Part shown: positions 51,439 to 62,795 of the stretch, piece after piece
How the letters are laid out: each line of letters opens with the position of its first letter
Position numbering within the stretch: the first letter of the stretch is position 1
Origin: Bacteroidota bacterium
Lineage (GTDB): Bacteria > Bacteroidota > Ignavibacteria > OLB7
Direction of reading: 5' to 3'
Assembly: GCA_048498995.1 (NCBI GenBank)
Contig: JBEHWX010000013.1
Location: forward strand, 19,437 to 83,436
Length of the DNA stretch: 64,000 bases
Position numbers and translations under genes: made by a program
Notes under the pieces: generated by a model
Seen by the model: the letters and a program-made list of their open reading frames with translations, nothing else
Told to the model about the DNA's origin: nothing
Databases searched by the model: none

Positions 51439-52773
51439 CTAGCGCGCAAGCACCTTCACCAAGCCGATCACGCTTCCATCGAGTGAGACTCTGACAATGT
51501 AGGTTCCCGCGGACAGTCTCCCACGCGGCGCCAGCGGGATCGTCCTCTCGCCAGGCCCAATCACCTCTCCCTGCTCGGTCGCCACCTCCCTTCCGAGCAT
51601 GTCCGTGACCACCACTGTGAGGCGTCCGCCACGCTCCGTCGAGAGCCTGATCATCGCCATGCCGTCGCGGTCTACGGGATTGGGTGACAAACTTAGGCCG
51701 GTACGGCTCGTACCGATCTCCGCAACACCGGACTCCGGTTCGGACTCCGAGACGTAGATCTTGCCGTCGGCCGTCGCGGAGATCAGGCGTGTCGGCGTCA
51801 GATACTCGACACCCACGAAAATTTCAAGATTAGAGGCGAACACGTTCCAATCCCGATACCAGGTGCGCCCCCCGTCGCTGGTCAACCATACAGAGAGCGA
51901 ATAATCACCAATAATACCGTTGAGTGAATCACGGAATGCCATCGACATAATCCTCCAGAACTTGCCATTCAAGTCACTGTCGATCAATGTCTCCCAGGTC
52001 TTCCCTCCGTCACGCGTGTAGGCAAGGTTTAGCCGAGAAAGCTCTCCGTTTGGATCGATAATGAATCGGGACGCCATCCATCCCCGAAGCGAATCGAGAA
52101 AATAAATATTGAAGGCTTGGTCGCGCGATGGCAGTCGTTGCCAGGTTCTGCCCGTGTCGTCGGTTCGAAACAAAAGTGTTGAATCTCCACGAGTTGCACA
52201 TAGGCCCAGGAATGTCCCTGAAGCCGGTGTGGACACATCAGCCACTCCATGGGGATCGGATAAGTCAGGCCACAGGGATTGCCTCCATGTCGCACCTCCA
52301 TCGGTCGTCACCAATACCGAATCTGCGCCGATCACGATCATCCCGACGTTCGCATCCGACATTGACACAGCATTCACTTTGAGATTGCCGAACGTGTCGC
52401 GACTCCATGTACTACCTCCGTCATGTGTAACGAGCAACTGTCCTTTGTCGCCTCCGACCATGCATACATCGGCAGTCGGATGTGAGATATGACGCAGCGG
52501 TGCGGGCAGCGGGTGAGGCCATCCGCTCCCACCAGAGTCAATGTAGACGGTACGCCAAGTCCGGCCGCCATCAGTGGATCTGCGCACGTCAAACTCACCG
52601 AACCCGAATGTTCCAACCGCCATGCAATGCAGAGAATCAGCGCAATCGAGACACATGTACGTGAAACGGTAGACTGAGTCCTGCAACCGCCAATCCGAAA
52701 TTTGAGCAACGCTTCGGTTCCCAATGGTGGCAAGAGCCAGAATCGCGATGGCAAGAATCACGCGCTTCTTCAT
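51439..52773 (-). CDS. secreted BNR/Asp-box beta-propeller protein with T9SS CTD (subtype II, paralog C)
   Basis: Start at MKKRVILAIAILALATIGNRSVAQ (ATG 52773). BNR motifs (STDGGRTW, THDGGSTW, TDGGATW, TDDTGRTW, TRDGGKTW, TSDGGRTW). CTD ...SAGTYIVRVSLDGSVIGLVKVLAR. Confidence 0.8.
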   Translation of the reverse strand: MKKRVILAIAILALATIGNRSVAQISDWRLQDSVYRFTYMCLDCADSLHCMAVGTFGFGEFDVRRSTDGGRTWRTVYIDSGGSGWPHPLPAPLRHISHPTADVCMVGGDKGQLLVTHDGGSTWSRDTFGNLKVNAVSMSDANVGMIVIGADSVLVTTDGGATWRQSLWPDLSDPHGVADVSTPASGTFLGLCATRGDSTLLFRTDDTGRTWQRLPSRDQAFNIYFLDSLRGWMASRFIIDPNGELSRLNLAYTRDGGKTWETLIDSDLNGKFWRIMSMAFRDSLNGIIGDYSLSVWLTSDGGRTWYRDWNVFASNLEIFVGVEYLTPTRLISATADGKIYVSESEPESGVAEIGTSRTGLSLSPNPVDRDGMAMIRLSTERGGRLTVVVTDMLGREVATEQGEVIGPGERTIPLAPRGRLSAGTYIVRVSLDGSVIGLVKVLAR

Positions 52774-52811
52774 GGCGATGTCGGTATTAGGCTGTTGGAA
52801 CAAGATCCGTT

Positions 52812-54143
52812 TTATGGGACAATCGCCTTCACCATGCCGATCACTCTTCCGTCCACCGAGATCCGAATGACGTAGGATCCGGGGGGCATGTCCCGAAACC
52901 CCGTAAGTGGAACTAGGGTTTCTCCAGGCCCGGCAATGACCTCCGCCCCGCGCCACACATCCCTTCCAAGAAGATCGACCATTGTAAGGTCGAGACGACC
53001 GCCGTGTTCGAGCTTCATCCGCAGCGAGGGGGTGCCATCCGACGAGACCGGATTGGGCGCTAGGCTGACATCGGCAACGTCATTGCGAACCATGATCACT
53101 GATGAAACCGGACCCGATTCATCGATAAAAACCTTTCCGTCGGAAGACACAGCCAGCAGACGCGTCGGGTTGAGATACTGAAGTCCCGAAGGAGCAAAGA
53201 TCTGAGCACTCAGAGCGCTTGAATCACGAAGCCACGTATACCCTCCATCACTCGTCCCGAAGACAGCGGAAGAGTTATCTCCAATCACGCCATGCAAGGT
53301 ATCGAGAAACGCGATCGACATGATCCGCCAGAACTGACGATTCAGATCACTGTCGATCCTCACTTCCCACGTTCTGGCGCCATCATTCGTGTAGGCAAGT
53401 TGCAGTCTCGAAAGCTCTCCATTCGGATCGATACTATTTCTGGAGGCCATCCAACCGTGCAGCGAATCGAGGAAATAAATATCCCGGGCCTTATCTCGCG
53501 ATGGCATTTTTCGCCACGTATGCCCGGCGTCGTCAGATCGAAAGAGCGGCGTCGAATCGCCATACGTGGCGCAGAGTGCGTAGAAGGTCGACGGCGTCGG
53601 AGTCACCATCTCGCTAACACCAATTGGAAAGTCCACCGGGGGCAGCTCTGATTCTCGCCAGGAACGACCGGTATCGGTCGTGACCAATATCGTATGATAT
53701 CCAAAGGACGTAACGCCGGTCCGCGCGTCCGCCATTGCCACAAGCTTAATCTTATCTGTCGTGAGCGTATCACGGCTCCAGGTGCCTCCTCCGTCTCGTG
53801 TTATCAGCACCTGGCCGCTATCTCCACCAACAATGCACACATTCGGATCAGGATACGAAACGTGGCGGAGAAGGATAGGCAGCGAATGGGGCCACGTGGC
53901 TGCTCCTGAATCCAGAAACACAGTTCGCCAGGTGCGTCCTCCATCGGCGGACTTCCGGATAAGCGATGCCGCGAACCCCTTTGTTCCGACGACCATGCAG
54001 TTCATGGAATCCGCGCAGTCAAGCGACAGATATTGGACATTCGGTATCGAGTCGACGACCTCCCATCGCCCCGTCTGGGCGTGAAGCTGCACACCGAGTA
54101 CGATCCCGAGCACGATCAGAAAGTGACGGGCCATGCAATGCAT
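52812..54143 (-). CDS. secreted BNR/Asp-box beta-propeller protein with T9SS CTD (subtype I, paralog D)
   Basis: Signal MHCMARHFLIVLGIVLGVQLHAQ (start 54143 or 54134). Roughly 80% identical by eye to paralog A over the N-terminal half. CTD ...SYVIRISVDGRVIGMVKAIVP. Confidence 0.8.
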   Translation of the reverse strand: MHCMARHFLIVLGIVLGVQLHAQTGRWEVVDSIPNVQYLSLDCADSMNCMVVGTKGFAASLIRKSADGGRTWRTVFLDSGAATWPHSLPILLRHVSYPDPNVCIVGGDSGQVLITRDGGGTWSRDTLTTDKIKLVAMADARTGVTSFGYHTILVTTDTGRSWRESELPPVDFPIGVSEMVTPTPSTFYALCATYGDSTPLFRSDDAGHTWRKMPSRDKARDIYFLDSLHGWMASRNSIDPNGELSRLQLAYTNDGARTWEVRIDSDLNRQFWRIMSIAFLDTLHGVIGDNSSAVFGTSDGGYTWLRDSSALSAQIFAPSGLQYLNPTRLLAVSSDGKVFIDESGPVSSVIMVRNDVADVSLAPNPVSSDGTPSLRMKLEHGGRLDLTMVDLLGRDVWRGAEVIAGPGETLVPLTGFRDMPPGSYVIRISVDGRVIGMVKAIVP

Positions 54144-54268
54144 GCGAGATTCTCCAGCAAGTGAACCAAATGCTGCCTGGTAAGGGCCGAGGAGTCTCAC
54201 CCTTCCGCGGGATTCCATCCCGGCATGGCGGACTATCGGTCAGCCAGCACCTGAGGTGCAGACTCTCC

Positions 54269-55606
54269 TTATCGAACGAAGGCCTTCACCACGCCGATCA
54301 TATCTCCATCAAGCGCGATTCTGACGATGTAGGTTCCCGCGGACAGTCTCCCACGCGGCGCCAGCGGGAGCGTCCTCTCGCCAGGCCCAATCACCTCTTC
54401 CTGCTCGGTCGCCACCTCCCTTCCGAGCAGGTCCGTAACGACCACGTCAAGGCGCCCACCCCGCTCCGTCGAGAGCCTGATCATCGCCATGCCGTCGCGG
54501 TCGACGGGATTGGGTGACAAGCTTAGGCCGGTACGGCTCGTACCGATCTCCGTAACACCGGACTCCGGCTGAGATTCGAAGGCGTAGATCTTGCCGTCGG
54601 CCGTCGCGGAGATCAGGCGCGTCGGGGTCAGGTACTCGACACCCGAGAATGTCGTAAGCTTCAGAGCATACACACTCCAGTCCCGATACCAGGTACGTCC
54701 ACCGTCACTGGTCAACCATACGGCAAACGAGTAGTCACCGATGATGCCATTGAGCGTATCCTTGAACGCCATCGAATGGATCTTCCAGAACTTGCCGTTC
54801 AAATCGCTGTCGATCAACTGTTCCCACTGCTCCCCACCATCACGTGTATAGGCGAGATCCAGCCGCGAAAGCTCCCCATTCGGATCGACACGAATTCGAG
54901 ATGCCATCCACCCATGGAGCGAATCGATGAAGTAGATATTCTGCGCTCTATAGCGGGAAGGCATTTGCCGCCAGGTTCGTCCCGTATCATCCGTACGAAA
55001 CAGATAGCTAGAATCGCTCATTACAACACAAAGCACAAGAAAGGTTCCGGGAGCAGGTGCTGTGATATCGACAACTCCATACGCGCGAGGCATCGATGGC
55101 ATCTCCGATTCCCCCCAGGTTCTTCCCCCGTCAGTAGTCACAAATATCGAATCGGCACCAATCGCAAACATGCCCACATTTGCATTAGACATTACAACTG
55201 TTTTCACATTGAGATCGCCGAATATCTGACGGCTCCATGTTGCCCCCCCGTCTCGTGTTACAAGCACTTGCCCTTTGTCCCCGCCGACCGCACATATATC
55301 TGCAGAAGGATATGAGATATGTCGCAATGGAGCAGGTAGTGGGTGCGGCCAGCCAATGCCCCCAGAATCCAGATAAACCGTGCGCCAGGTTCGGCCTCCA
55401 TCGGTGGACTTGCGTATATCGAACTCGCCGAACCCGAACGTACTGATGGCCATGCAGTGCAGCGAATCCGCGCAGTCGAGGCTCATGTAAGACATCTGAT
55501 AAACGGAGTCCTGCAGTTCCCAGTCACTGATCTGTGCAAGCAGGCGGCTTCCCGCGAGAAACAGCATCAATGACAACACCGAAATCAAAGTTTTTCTAAA
55601 CATCAT
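54269..55606 (-). CDS. secreted BNR/Asp-box beta-propeller protein with T9SS CTD (subtype II, paralog E)
   Basis: Signal MMFRKTLISVLSLMLFLAGSRLLAQ. Roughly 75% identical by eye to paralog C. The 3' about 120 bp are virtually identical to C at DNA level. Confidence 0.8.
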   Translation of the reverse strand: MMFRKTLISVLSLMLFLAGSRLLAQISDWELQDSVYQMSYMSLDCADSLHCMAISTFGFGEFDIRKSTDGGRTWRTVYLDSGGIGWPHPLPAPLRHISYPSADICAVGGDKGQVLVTRDGGATWSRQIFGDLNVKTVVMSNANVGMFAIGADSIFVTTDGGRTWGESEMPSMPRAYGVVDITAPAPGTFLVLCVVMSDSSYLFRTDDTGRTWRQMPSRYRAQNIYFIDSLHGWMASRIRVDPNGELSRLDLAYTRDGGEQWEQLIDSDLNGKFWKIHSMAFKDTLNGIIGDYSFAVWLTSDGGRTWYRDWSVYALKLTTFSGVEYLTPTRLISATADGKIYAFESQPESGVTEIGTSRTGLSLSPNPVDRDGMAMIRLSTERGGRLDVVVTDLLGREVATEQEEVIGPGERTLPLAPRGRLSAGTYIVRIALDGDMIGVVKAFVR

Positions 55607-55707
55607 TCAACCTCAGAGTTTCCCCTGTGAGATATCAACAGACAAACATAAACGCCACAAGGTTATTAGGTATCCGTTGCTGCCGCAACGGATACCTAAT
55701 AATACAC

Positions 55708-56664
55708 TCACCGACCGAAGAACTCTCCGGTCGTGAAATTTTGACCGTTGAATGAGATTCGGTAATAGTAGATGCCACTCCCGAATCTGATCCGGTCGAC
55801 CAAGAACCTGCATGCATTATCGCCCACAATTACGGGGCGAAGTTCGGCGACTTTCTTACCCTGAGCATCGAAAATTTCTGCAACCCCTTCCAACAGGGAT
55901 TGGGGGCGACACAAGATCTGCATTTCAGCTCCCTGATGAAATACCTGAACATCATCAGTGATATTATATTGACCGCCCCAATACTTCTTGCCGAATGAAT
56001 CATTAATTGTGATCGCATCGCACTGCGGAGTGCAGGATGATGTCGTTTGGTCTCCAATCACGGGGTTATACGGAAAATTTAGATCGAGCGACTCCGGATC
56101 ATTATCGCATGGGGGCTGAGTTGGCGATTGATATTCAGTCGTAATCGTTATTCGATCGTCGGTACCCTTGCACACCTTATATCGTGCAACGCAACATCCC
56201 GCGGACTGGCAAGCTCGTATTGACGGTACAGAGCCGACTTTGACCTCTTTCCAACAGCTTGCGATACTAACCCTAAAGTAGGTAACACAGTTATCAGGGT
56301 CAGGGTTTGGAAACAGAGAGATGTTATCGACCAGCAAATGTTCGGCTGCTCCTTGGATCCAATCCGAAATCGAACAGCTCGTACATGTTCCAGACACGTA
56401 TTCGATCTTATAAATCTGAACATCCTGATAGTTACTGGGCGCACACGCCGTCCGATACACGTACCAGGCCCGAAGTTGACAGGAGCTACCACATGTGGTC
56501 AGTGTAAACATGTGATTGGATACGCCTACCGTACTCCATTGATCGGCTGGGCAGTCCGGGTAACAGAGCAAGTCTCCGTACGAAGGTTGGGCCATGGCGG
56601 TTACCGCGAGCCCGAGAAACGCGGCGATGAGTGAGAGCATGCCTCTCAAAATGATTCTCGACAT
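55708..56664 (-). CDS. secreted cysteine-rich protein of unrecognised family with T9SS-type CTD (paralog F)
   Basis: Signal MSRIILRGMLSLIAAFLGLAVTAMAQ. Conserved Cys framework shared with paralog B (LLCYPDCP...FTLTTCGSSCQ.RAWYV.R.AC.P.NY.D.QIYKIEYVSGTC..C...CCVARY.VCK). CTD ...GIYYYRISFNGQNFTTGEFFGR. Confidence 0.7.
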   Translation of the reverse strand: MSRIILRGMLSLIAAFLGLAVTAMAQPSYGDLLCYPDCPADQWSTVGVSNHMFTLTTCGSSCQLRAWYVYRTACAPSNYQDVQIYKIEYVSGTCTSCSISDWIQGAAEHLLVDNISLFPNPDPDNCVTYFRVSIASCWKEVKVGSVPSIRACQSAGCCVARYKVCKGTDDRITITTEYQSPTQPPCDNDPESLDLNFPYNPVIGDQTTSSCTPQCDAITINDSFGKKYWGGQYNITDDVQVFHQGAEMQILCRPQSLLEGVAEIFDAQGKKVAELRPVIVGDNACRFLVDRIRFGSGIYYYRISFNGQNFTTGEFFGR

Positions 56665-56905
56665 GATTCGTACCTCGTCGATAGTATGTAGTGGATCGAC
56701 CGCGAATCCTCACTCCCCTTCGTGGGCAAATCCTCCCTCCCGGACTCCGGCCGCTGATGCGTGATGGTCGGTCGTATCGATGTCCGTCGAGTGCTGGAAG
56801 CCCTGCTTCCGGAATATGCCGGTGAATCGGTGTGTCGTACCTGACGTCGCCATCTGGCTGAACGCGGGTACAAAGGTACAACTTGACACCATCGCGACCA
56901 AGCGG
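56665..56905 (-). promoter_or_regulatory. conserved about 200-nt leader plus candidate promoter upstream of Cys-rich gene F (copy 2)
   Basis: Near-identical to 50683-50925. On minus strand: TTGGTC (rc 56896-56901), N17, TACCTTTG (rc 56871-56878). Confidence 0.5.
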
Positions 56906-56973
56906 CGCCAAACGCAACGAGCCGGTGAGGCACTTCCCTCACCGGCTCGTACAATCGCTCTTCTGATTCTCCC

Positions 56974-58179
56974 TCACGCGACTTCGGCCTCGCGGCCCTC
57001 AAGACCCGGAGGAGTATCGGCACCTTTCGAGAGCGCCAGCAGACCGCCGGCCAGCGAGAAGAACGCGCCGGCAAAGCCATAGAGCACGATCTCTCCATGC
57101 TCGATGAAGAAGGCGCCGATCAGCGGACCGAGGATCTGCGCGATGCTCGCCAGCGACTGGCTTACGCCGAGCGCCGCTCCCTGCTCGTGCCGCCCCACCG
57201 ATCGGGTGATCAGCGTGGTCAGACATGGCCGCACCACCGCGCCGCCGAAGCTGCCGATGCCGGTGAGGATCAGCAGGAACGCGAGCGAGTTCACGTAGCC
57301 GAGAAGCGAATATCCGATCGCCATCGTGATGAACCCGATAATCGCGAGCCGCATCTCGCCGAGACGCTTCACCAGACGCCCGATCAGCCCTCCCTGAATC
57401 GCCGCGCCGATCACGCCGGAAAATGCGTAGATGTAGCCGGTATGCTCCGCGTCGTATCCCATCTGCCGCTCCAGGTAGAGCGGCAGCGCGGTGGTCATCG
57501 TGGCGAAGGAGAGCGTGAAGGCGAGGAATTCGAGCAGGTGACGCCGCACCATCGGACGCTCGAAATACTGCGTCATCCGCTTGATCCTTCCGATGCCGTC
57601 GTTGAGCGGCGCGCTCCGGGGCACTTTCGGCAGCAGCGTGATCGTGCCGATGATCGACAGCAGCGACAGCCCGGCCGCGGCGTAGGCCGGCCATTGATAG
57701 CCGTACTTGGAGAGGAATCCCGCGATCGGCGGTCCTATCACGAACCCGGAGCCGAACGCGATGCCGATCAGCGCGAACGCCTTGGTCCGCTCCTCCGGCT
57801 TCGTCACGTCGGAGATGTAGGCCTGCGCGATCGTGAGGTTGCCGGCGGTGAAGCCGTCGATGATGCGCGCCAGAAAAATCAGCCAGAGCGCGTTGGCCCC
57901 GCCGAGTACCAGAAATCCGACGAACGACCCGATCTGGCTCACCAGCAGCGTCGGCTTCCTCCCGACGCGGTCGGAGATACGTCCGAGAATCGGTCCGGCA
58001 ATGAACTGACAGATGGCGAACGAGGAGGTGATCAGCCCGACCGTCATCGGCGAGGCGCCGTAATGCTCCGCGTAAAACGGAAGGAACGGCAGGATGAGGG
58101 TGAACCCGAGAACGTCGACCGCGACGACCAGAAATATCGGAATCAGGGGTGAGGCGAAGCGCCGTGACTGCGTGCTCAT
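56974..58179 (-). CDS. MFS transporter (DHA1/TetA-like)
   Basis: 12 TM segments. MFS motif A-like GRISDRVGRKP. Start at MSTQSRRFASPLIPIFLVVAV (ATG 58179). Confidence 0.85.
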   Translation of the reverse strand: MSTQSRRFASPLIPIFLVVAVDVLGFTLILPFLPFYAEHYGASPMTVGLITSSFAICQFIAGPILGRISDRVGRKPTLLVSQIGSFVGFLVLGGANALWLIFLARIIDGFTAGNLTIAQAYISDVTKPEERTKAFALIGIAFGSGFVIGPPIAGFLSKYGYQWPAYAAAGLSLLSIIGTITLLPKVPRSAPLNDGIGRIKRMTQYFERPMVRRHLLEFLAFTLSFATMTTALPLYLERQMGYDAEHTGYIYAFSGVIGAAIQGGLIGRLVKRLGEMRLAIIGFITMAIGYSLLGYVNSLAFLLILTGIGSFGGAVVRPCLTTLITRSVGRHEQGAALGVSQSLASIAQILGPLIGAFFIEHGEIVLYGFAGAFFSLAGGLLALSKGADTPPGLEGREAEVA

Positions 58180-58329
58180 GGGTGCGTCGAAAATGAGAAC
58201 TGCGCCCCGGGGATCGGGGCGCGACTGAATCGGAGCGGGCGCGGTCATTCCCGGGCAAATGACGCGCCGCGTCGCCGCATGTATGCGTCGGACGGCGTCC
58301 CGGCCGGACGCCCCCGAGTATCGGCCGGC

Positions 58330-58372
58330 GCAAAAAAGAAACGCGGGGAACCCATCGTCCGAGTTCCCCGCG
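58330..58372 (-). terminator. intrinsic terminator downstream of atpG
   Basis: Minus strand: GCGCGGGGAACTCGGACGATGGGTTCCCCGCG hairpin (58342-58372) followed by TTTCTTTTTTGC (rc of 58330-58341). About 25 nt after the atpG stop. Confidence 0.6.
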
Positions 58373-58395
58373 CCTTCAGCGTTCGGCGTGCGGAA

Positions 58396-59277
58396 TTACT
58401 GCCCCTTGAGAGCCTCGGCGCCCGAGACGATCTCGAGGATCTCCGTGGTGATCGCGGCCTGACGTGCCTTGTTGTAGATCAGGCGGAGCGACCTGACGAG
58501 GTCCTTGGCGTTGCGCGTCGCGTTCTCCATGGCGGTCATGCGCGCCCCCTGCTCGGCGGCGTTCGACTCCAGAAGAATATTCCACATCTGCGTGTTCAGA
58601 TGCTTCGGCAGCAGCGCGCTCAGAATCTCGTCCTGCGACGGCTCGAAGATGTAGTCGACGGACGGACCGGTTGCGGCCTGCGCCTCGAGCTTCGGAATCG
58701 GCAGGATCTGCTCGGTGTTGACGTTCTGCTTCACCACCGACTTGAACTCGTTGTAGATCACCTCGACCTTGTCGTAGCGTCCCTGCAGGAATCCCTCGGT
58801 GGCCTCGGACACGATCTTCCGCGCGGTCGAGAACTCCAGGTTGTTGAAGATACCCGGATAGGAACCGACCACGTTGTAGCCGCGACGCGAATAGAAGTCC
58901 ACCGCGCGCTTGCCGACCAGGATCAGGTCGAGGTTGCCGGCGGCCTGAAGCGCGCCGTACTTGTTCTTGATGATGTAGTTGGCCGCCTTGAACAGGTTGC
59001 TGTTGAAGGCGCCGCAGAGGCCGCGGTCGGCCGCCACGATCACCAGCGCAACGCGATGCACGTCACGCTCCTCCAGAAGAGGGCTGACGGCCGATTCGAT
59101 CTGCGAGGCCAGGAACATGAGCACCTCGCGCAGCTTCCGTCCGTACGGACGCGCGGCGATGATGCTGTCCTGCGCCCGGCGGAGCTTCGCCGCGGCCACC
59201 ATCTTCATGGCCTGCGTGATCTTCGCCGTGTTTTCGATACCCTGGATGCGGCCTCGTATCTCGCGGAATTTTGCCAT
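58396..59277 (-). CDS. atpG: F0F1 ATP synthase subunit gamma
   Basis: MAKFREIRGRIQGIENTAKITQAMKMVAAAKLRRAQ..., the canonical gamma N-terminus. Start ATG 59277. Confidence 0.92.
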   Translation of the reverse strand: MAKFREIRGRIQGIENTAKITQAMKMVAAAKLRRAQDSIIAARPYGRKLREVLMFLASQIESAVSPLLEERDVHRVALVIVAADRGLCGAFNSNLFKAANYIIKNKYGALQAAGNLDLILVGKRAVDFYSRRGYNVVGSYPGIFNNLEFSTARKIVSEATEGFLQGRYDKVEVIYNEFKSVVKQNVNTEQILPIPKLEAQAATGPSVDYIFEPSQDEILSALLPKHLNTQMWNILLESNAAEQGARMTAMENATRNAKDLVRSLRLIYNKARQAAITTEILEIVSGAEALKGQ

Positions 59278-59411
59278 CGTCGAGTCGATGAATGAGCGGT
59301 CCCCGAAGGGACCGCCAGTTCGTGATATGTGCTGGATACCGTAGCTGCCCGGCGCCGGAGAGCTCACCGCGTGCGCGGCAAACCCGTGGCGCTGTCGGAC
59401 CCGGGGCCGTC

Positions 59412-60971
<1,560 letters not shown>

Positions 60972-61044
60972 GGTTCTTCTATTGGCGATGTTGAGAGAAT
61001 ACTGTTCAATAAAAAGGAGCCCCGACGCGACCGGGGCACAGAAA

Positions 61045-61593
61045 CTAATTCATCGGTCCGCTCATGAGCGATTCGCGTAGTCGCTCCAGCTGATGACGAA
61101 TCGAGGCATCGATCATCCTATCCTCGAACTTGACGGTGAACCCGCCGACCAGCGAGGGATCGACCGAATATTCCGCCCGGACGGTGTGGCCGCTGAGGGC
61201 AGCCACCTTCTGCTCGAGCTTCCGGCGGTGCTCCTGATCCAGCTCGACCGCCGTGACGATCTTGGCCGGGACGATGTTCTGTGCCTCGTCGAGCAGATGC
61301 TGATACGCGTCGAGGATGGCCGGGAGATCCTGAGCTCTCCCCTTCTCGGTCATCAGTGCGATGAAGCGCTCGGCGACCGGGCCGACCTTGCCGGCGAAGA
61401 TGCTCTTCAGGACGCTCCCCTTGACCCGCACGTCGATGACGGGGGTGGCCAGGAAGTTCCGGAGATCGGACGAATGATCGATCGCGAAGCGGATCGTGCG
61501 GAAGTCGTCGGTCAGTTGATCGAAAGCGTTCTGCTCTCGAGCGACCTCCATGATCGCCTTGGCGTAGCGTTGTGCGGCGCGTGTAGTAGACAT
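61045..61593 (-). CDS. atpH: F0F1 ATP synthase subunit delta
   Basis: [27 protein letters not shown]..., OSCP/delta family. Start at internal ATG 61593; the ORF-track N-extension is Arg/Ser-rich artefact. Confidence 0.85.
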   Translation of the reverse strand: MSTTRAAQRYAKAIMEVAREQNAFDQLTDDFRTIRFAIDHSSDLRNFLATPVIDVRVKGSVLKSIFAGKVGPVAERFIALMTEKGRAQDLPAILDAYQHLLDEAQNIVPAKIVTAVELDQEHRRKLEQKVAALSGHTVRAEYSVDPSLVGGFTVKFEDRMIDASIRHQLERLRESLMSGPMN

Positions 61594-61615
61594 AGGAGAA
61601 GATCCGGTCGTGTGA

Positions 61616-62107
61616 CTACGCTTCGGCAGTCTGTTGGAGGTACTCGTCGAGGATCCGCTGATGGCGCGCGCCGTCGAGCGACTCCCTGAGGATCTTCTCG
61701 GCGCCGCCGACGGCCAGGTTCGCGACCTCGCCGCGGAGCTCGTTGAGCGCCTGCTGCTTGCTCCGCTCGATCTCCTGGTTGGCCAGATCGAGCATGCGGC
61801 GGCTCTCCTCCTGCGCCTTGGCCGAGGCCTCGGACTGAATCCGCTCGGCGTATTCACGGCTTTCGCGGAGCACGCGCTGCGACTCCTCTTCGGCCTTCAG
61901 AAGCGCCTTCTGATTTTCCGAGAGGATTCGCTCCGCCTCGCTCTTGGCCACCTCGGCACGGTCGAGCGCGTCGTTGATCGACGTCTCTCGCGTCTCGAGC
62001 GCCCTCAGAATCGGCTTCCATGCCACCGCGCGAAGCAGCACCAGAAGGATCAGGAAGTTGACGATCGTCCAGAGGATTGGGCCTGTCTGGATATCAACAA
62101 AGTTCAT
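61616..62107 (-). CDS. atpF: F0F1 ATP synthase subunit b
   Basis: MNFVDIQTGPILWTIVNFLILLVLL TM then a long charged coiled-coil. Start ATG 62107. Confidence 0.85.
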   Translation of the reverse strand: MNFVDIQTGPILWTIVNFLILLVLLRAVAWKPILRALETRETSINDALDRAEVAKSEAERILSENQKALLKAEEESQRVLRESREYAERIQSEASAKAQEESRRMLDLANQEIERSKQQALNELRGEVANLAVGGAEKILRESLDGARHQRILDEYLQQTAEA

Positions 62108-62311
62108 AGCAACCGGGCCTTTCTTGTTTCCTAGTTCGATGCAAGAGCGTGTACAGACGCAGTGCCTTTCCGGTTCGACCGGCCAGGCGGCCAAGCGCGA
62201 TCGCGCGCCGGGCGAGCCCCGCCGGCCCCCGCCTTCCCACCAGTCGGCCGCGCATGTGCGTCACACGCGCCGCGGCCGACATCCCCGCCAGTATCGCCGG
62301 TTCCGATGGAA

Positions 62312-62539
62312 TTACTTCGTGGCCAGCAGGATGCAGATAACCTCGGAGAAGAGCGCCACACCCTCGATGAGCGCCGCCGAGATGATCATCGTCGTGCGGA
62401 CATCGCCGAGCGCTTCCGGCTGACGACCGCTGGCCTCGAGAGCGGCAGCCGCAAGACGACCGATACCACCGGCCGCACCAAACACCGTAATGCCAGCACC
62501 GATTCCAGCTGCGAGGTAAGCAAGGGACGCGTTATCCAT
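62312..62539 (-). CDS. atpE: F0F1 ATP synthase subunit c
   Basis: 75 aa, two TM helices, GAAGGIGRLAAAALEA...conserved carboxylate E in helix 2 (ALIEGVALF). Confidence 0.92.
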   Translation of the reverse strand: MDNASLAYLAAGIGAGITVFGAAGGIGRLAAAALEASGRQPEALGDVRTTMIISAALIEGVALFSEVICILLATK

Positions 62540-62669
62540 TAGGATTCCTCCGAACGAGATAAAATAATGTGTAGAAAATGCTGAATTGGATCCGAATTAG
62601 ACGGGCAAAGTTACGGATTCGTGCAGGATCCACCGCAGCACGTAGTTCCGAAAAAGATTTCAAGACGTT

Positions 62670-62713
62670 GCGCTCCGGCGCGTTTTTTGCCCACCGCGCC
62701 GGCGCATTTTTTC
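62670..62713 (+). terminator. two tandem GC-hairpin/T-tract elements oriented for the plus strand between atpB and atpE
   Basis: gcgctccggcgc followed by gtttttt (62670-62689), and gcgccggcgc followed by atttttt (62696-62713). There is no plus-strand gene upstream; they are antisense to the atp operon. Confidence 0.3.
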
Positions 62714-62795
62714 ACTCCCCCACCCCGGCTCCGAAGCCCACCTCCGATCCGAGGCGGGCTCCCGGGCCCCCGCCCGCGCGGCCGCCGCGGCGCGA

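Larger units (their letters stand above)
51044..51442 (+). pseudogene. transposase/integrase-like N-terminal fragment fused to the boundary repeat (likely mobile-element remnant)
   Basis: MSEASRREYLRAIYRRYHTASVEQKGRILDEFTAACGYNRKYAIRLLN... resembles the N-terminal HTH region of DDE transposases from memory. It then reads through the 73-bp repeat (GEAVRAEWWKHSVTR..LRRGGIR). No catalytic domain follows. Confidence 0.3.
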
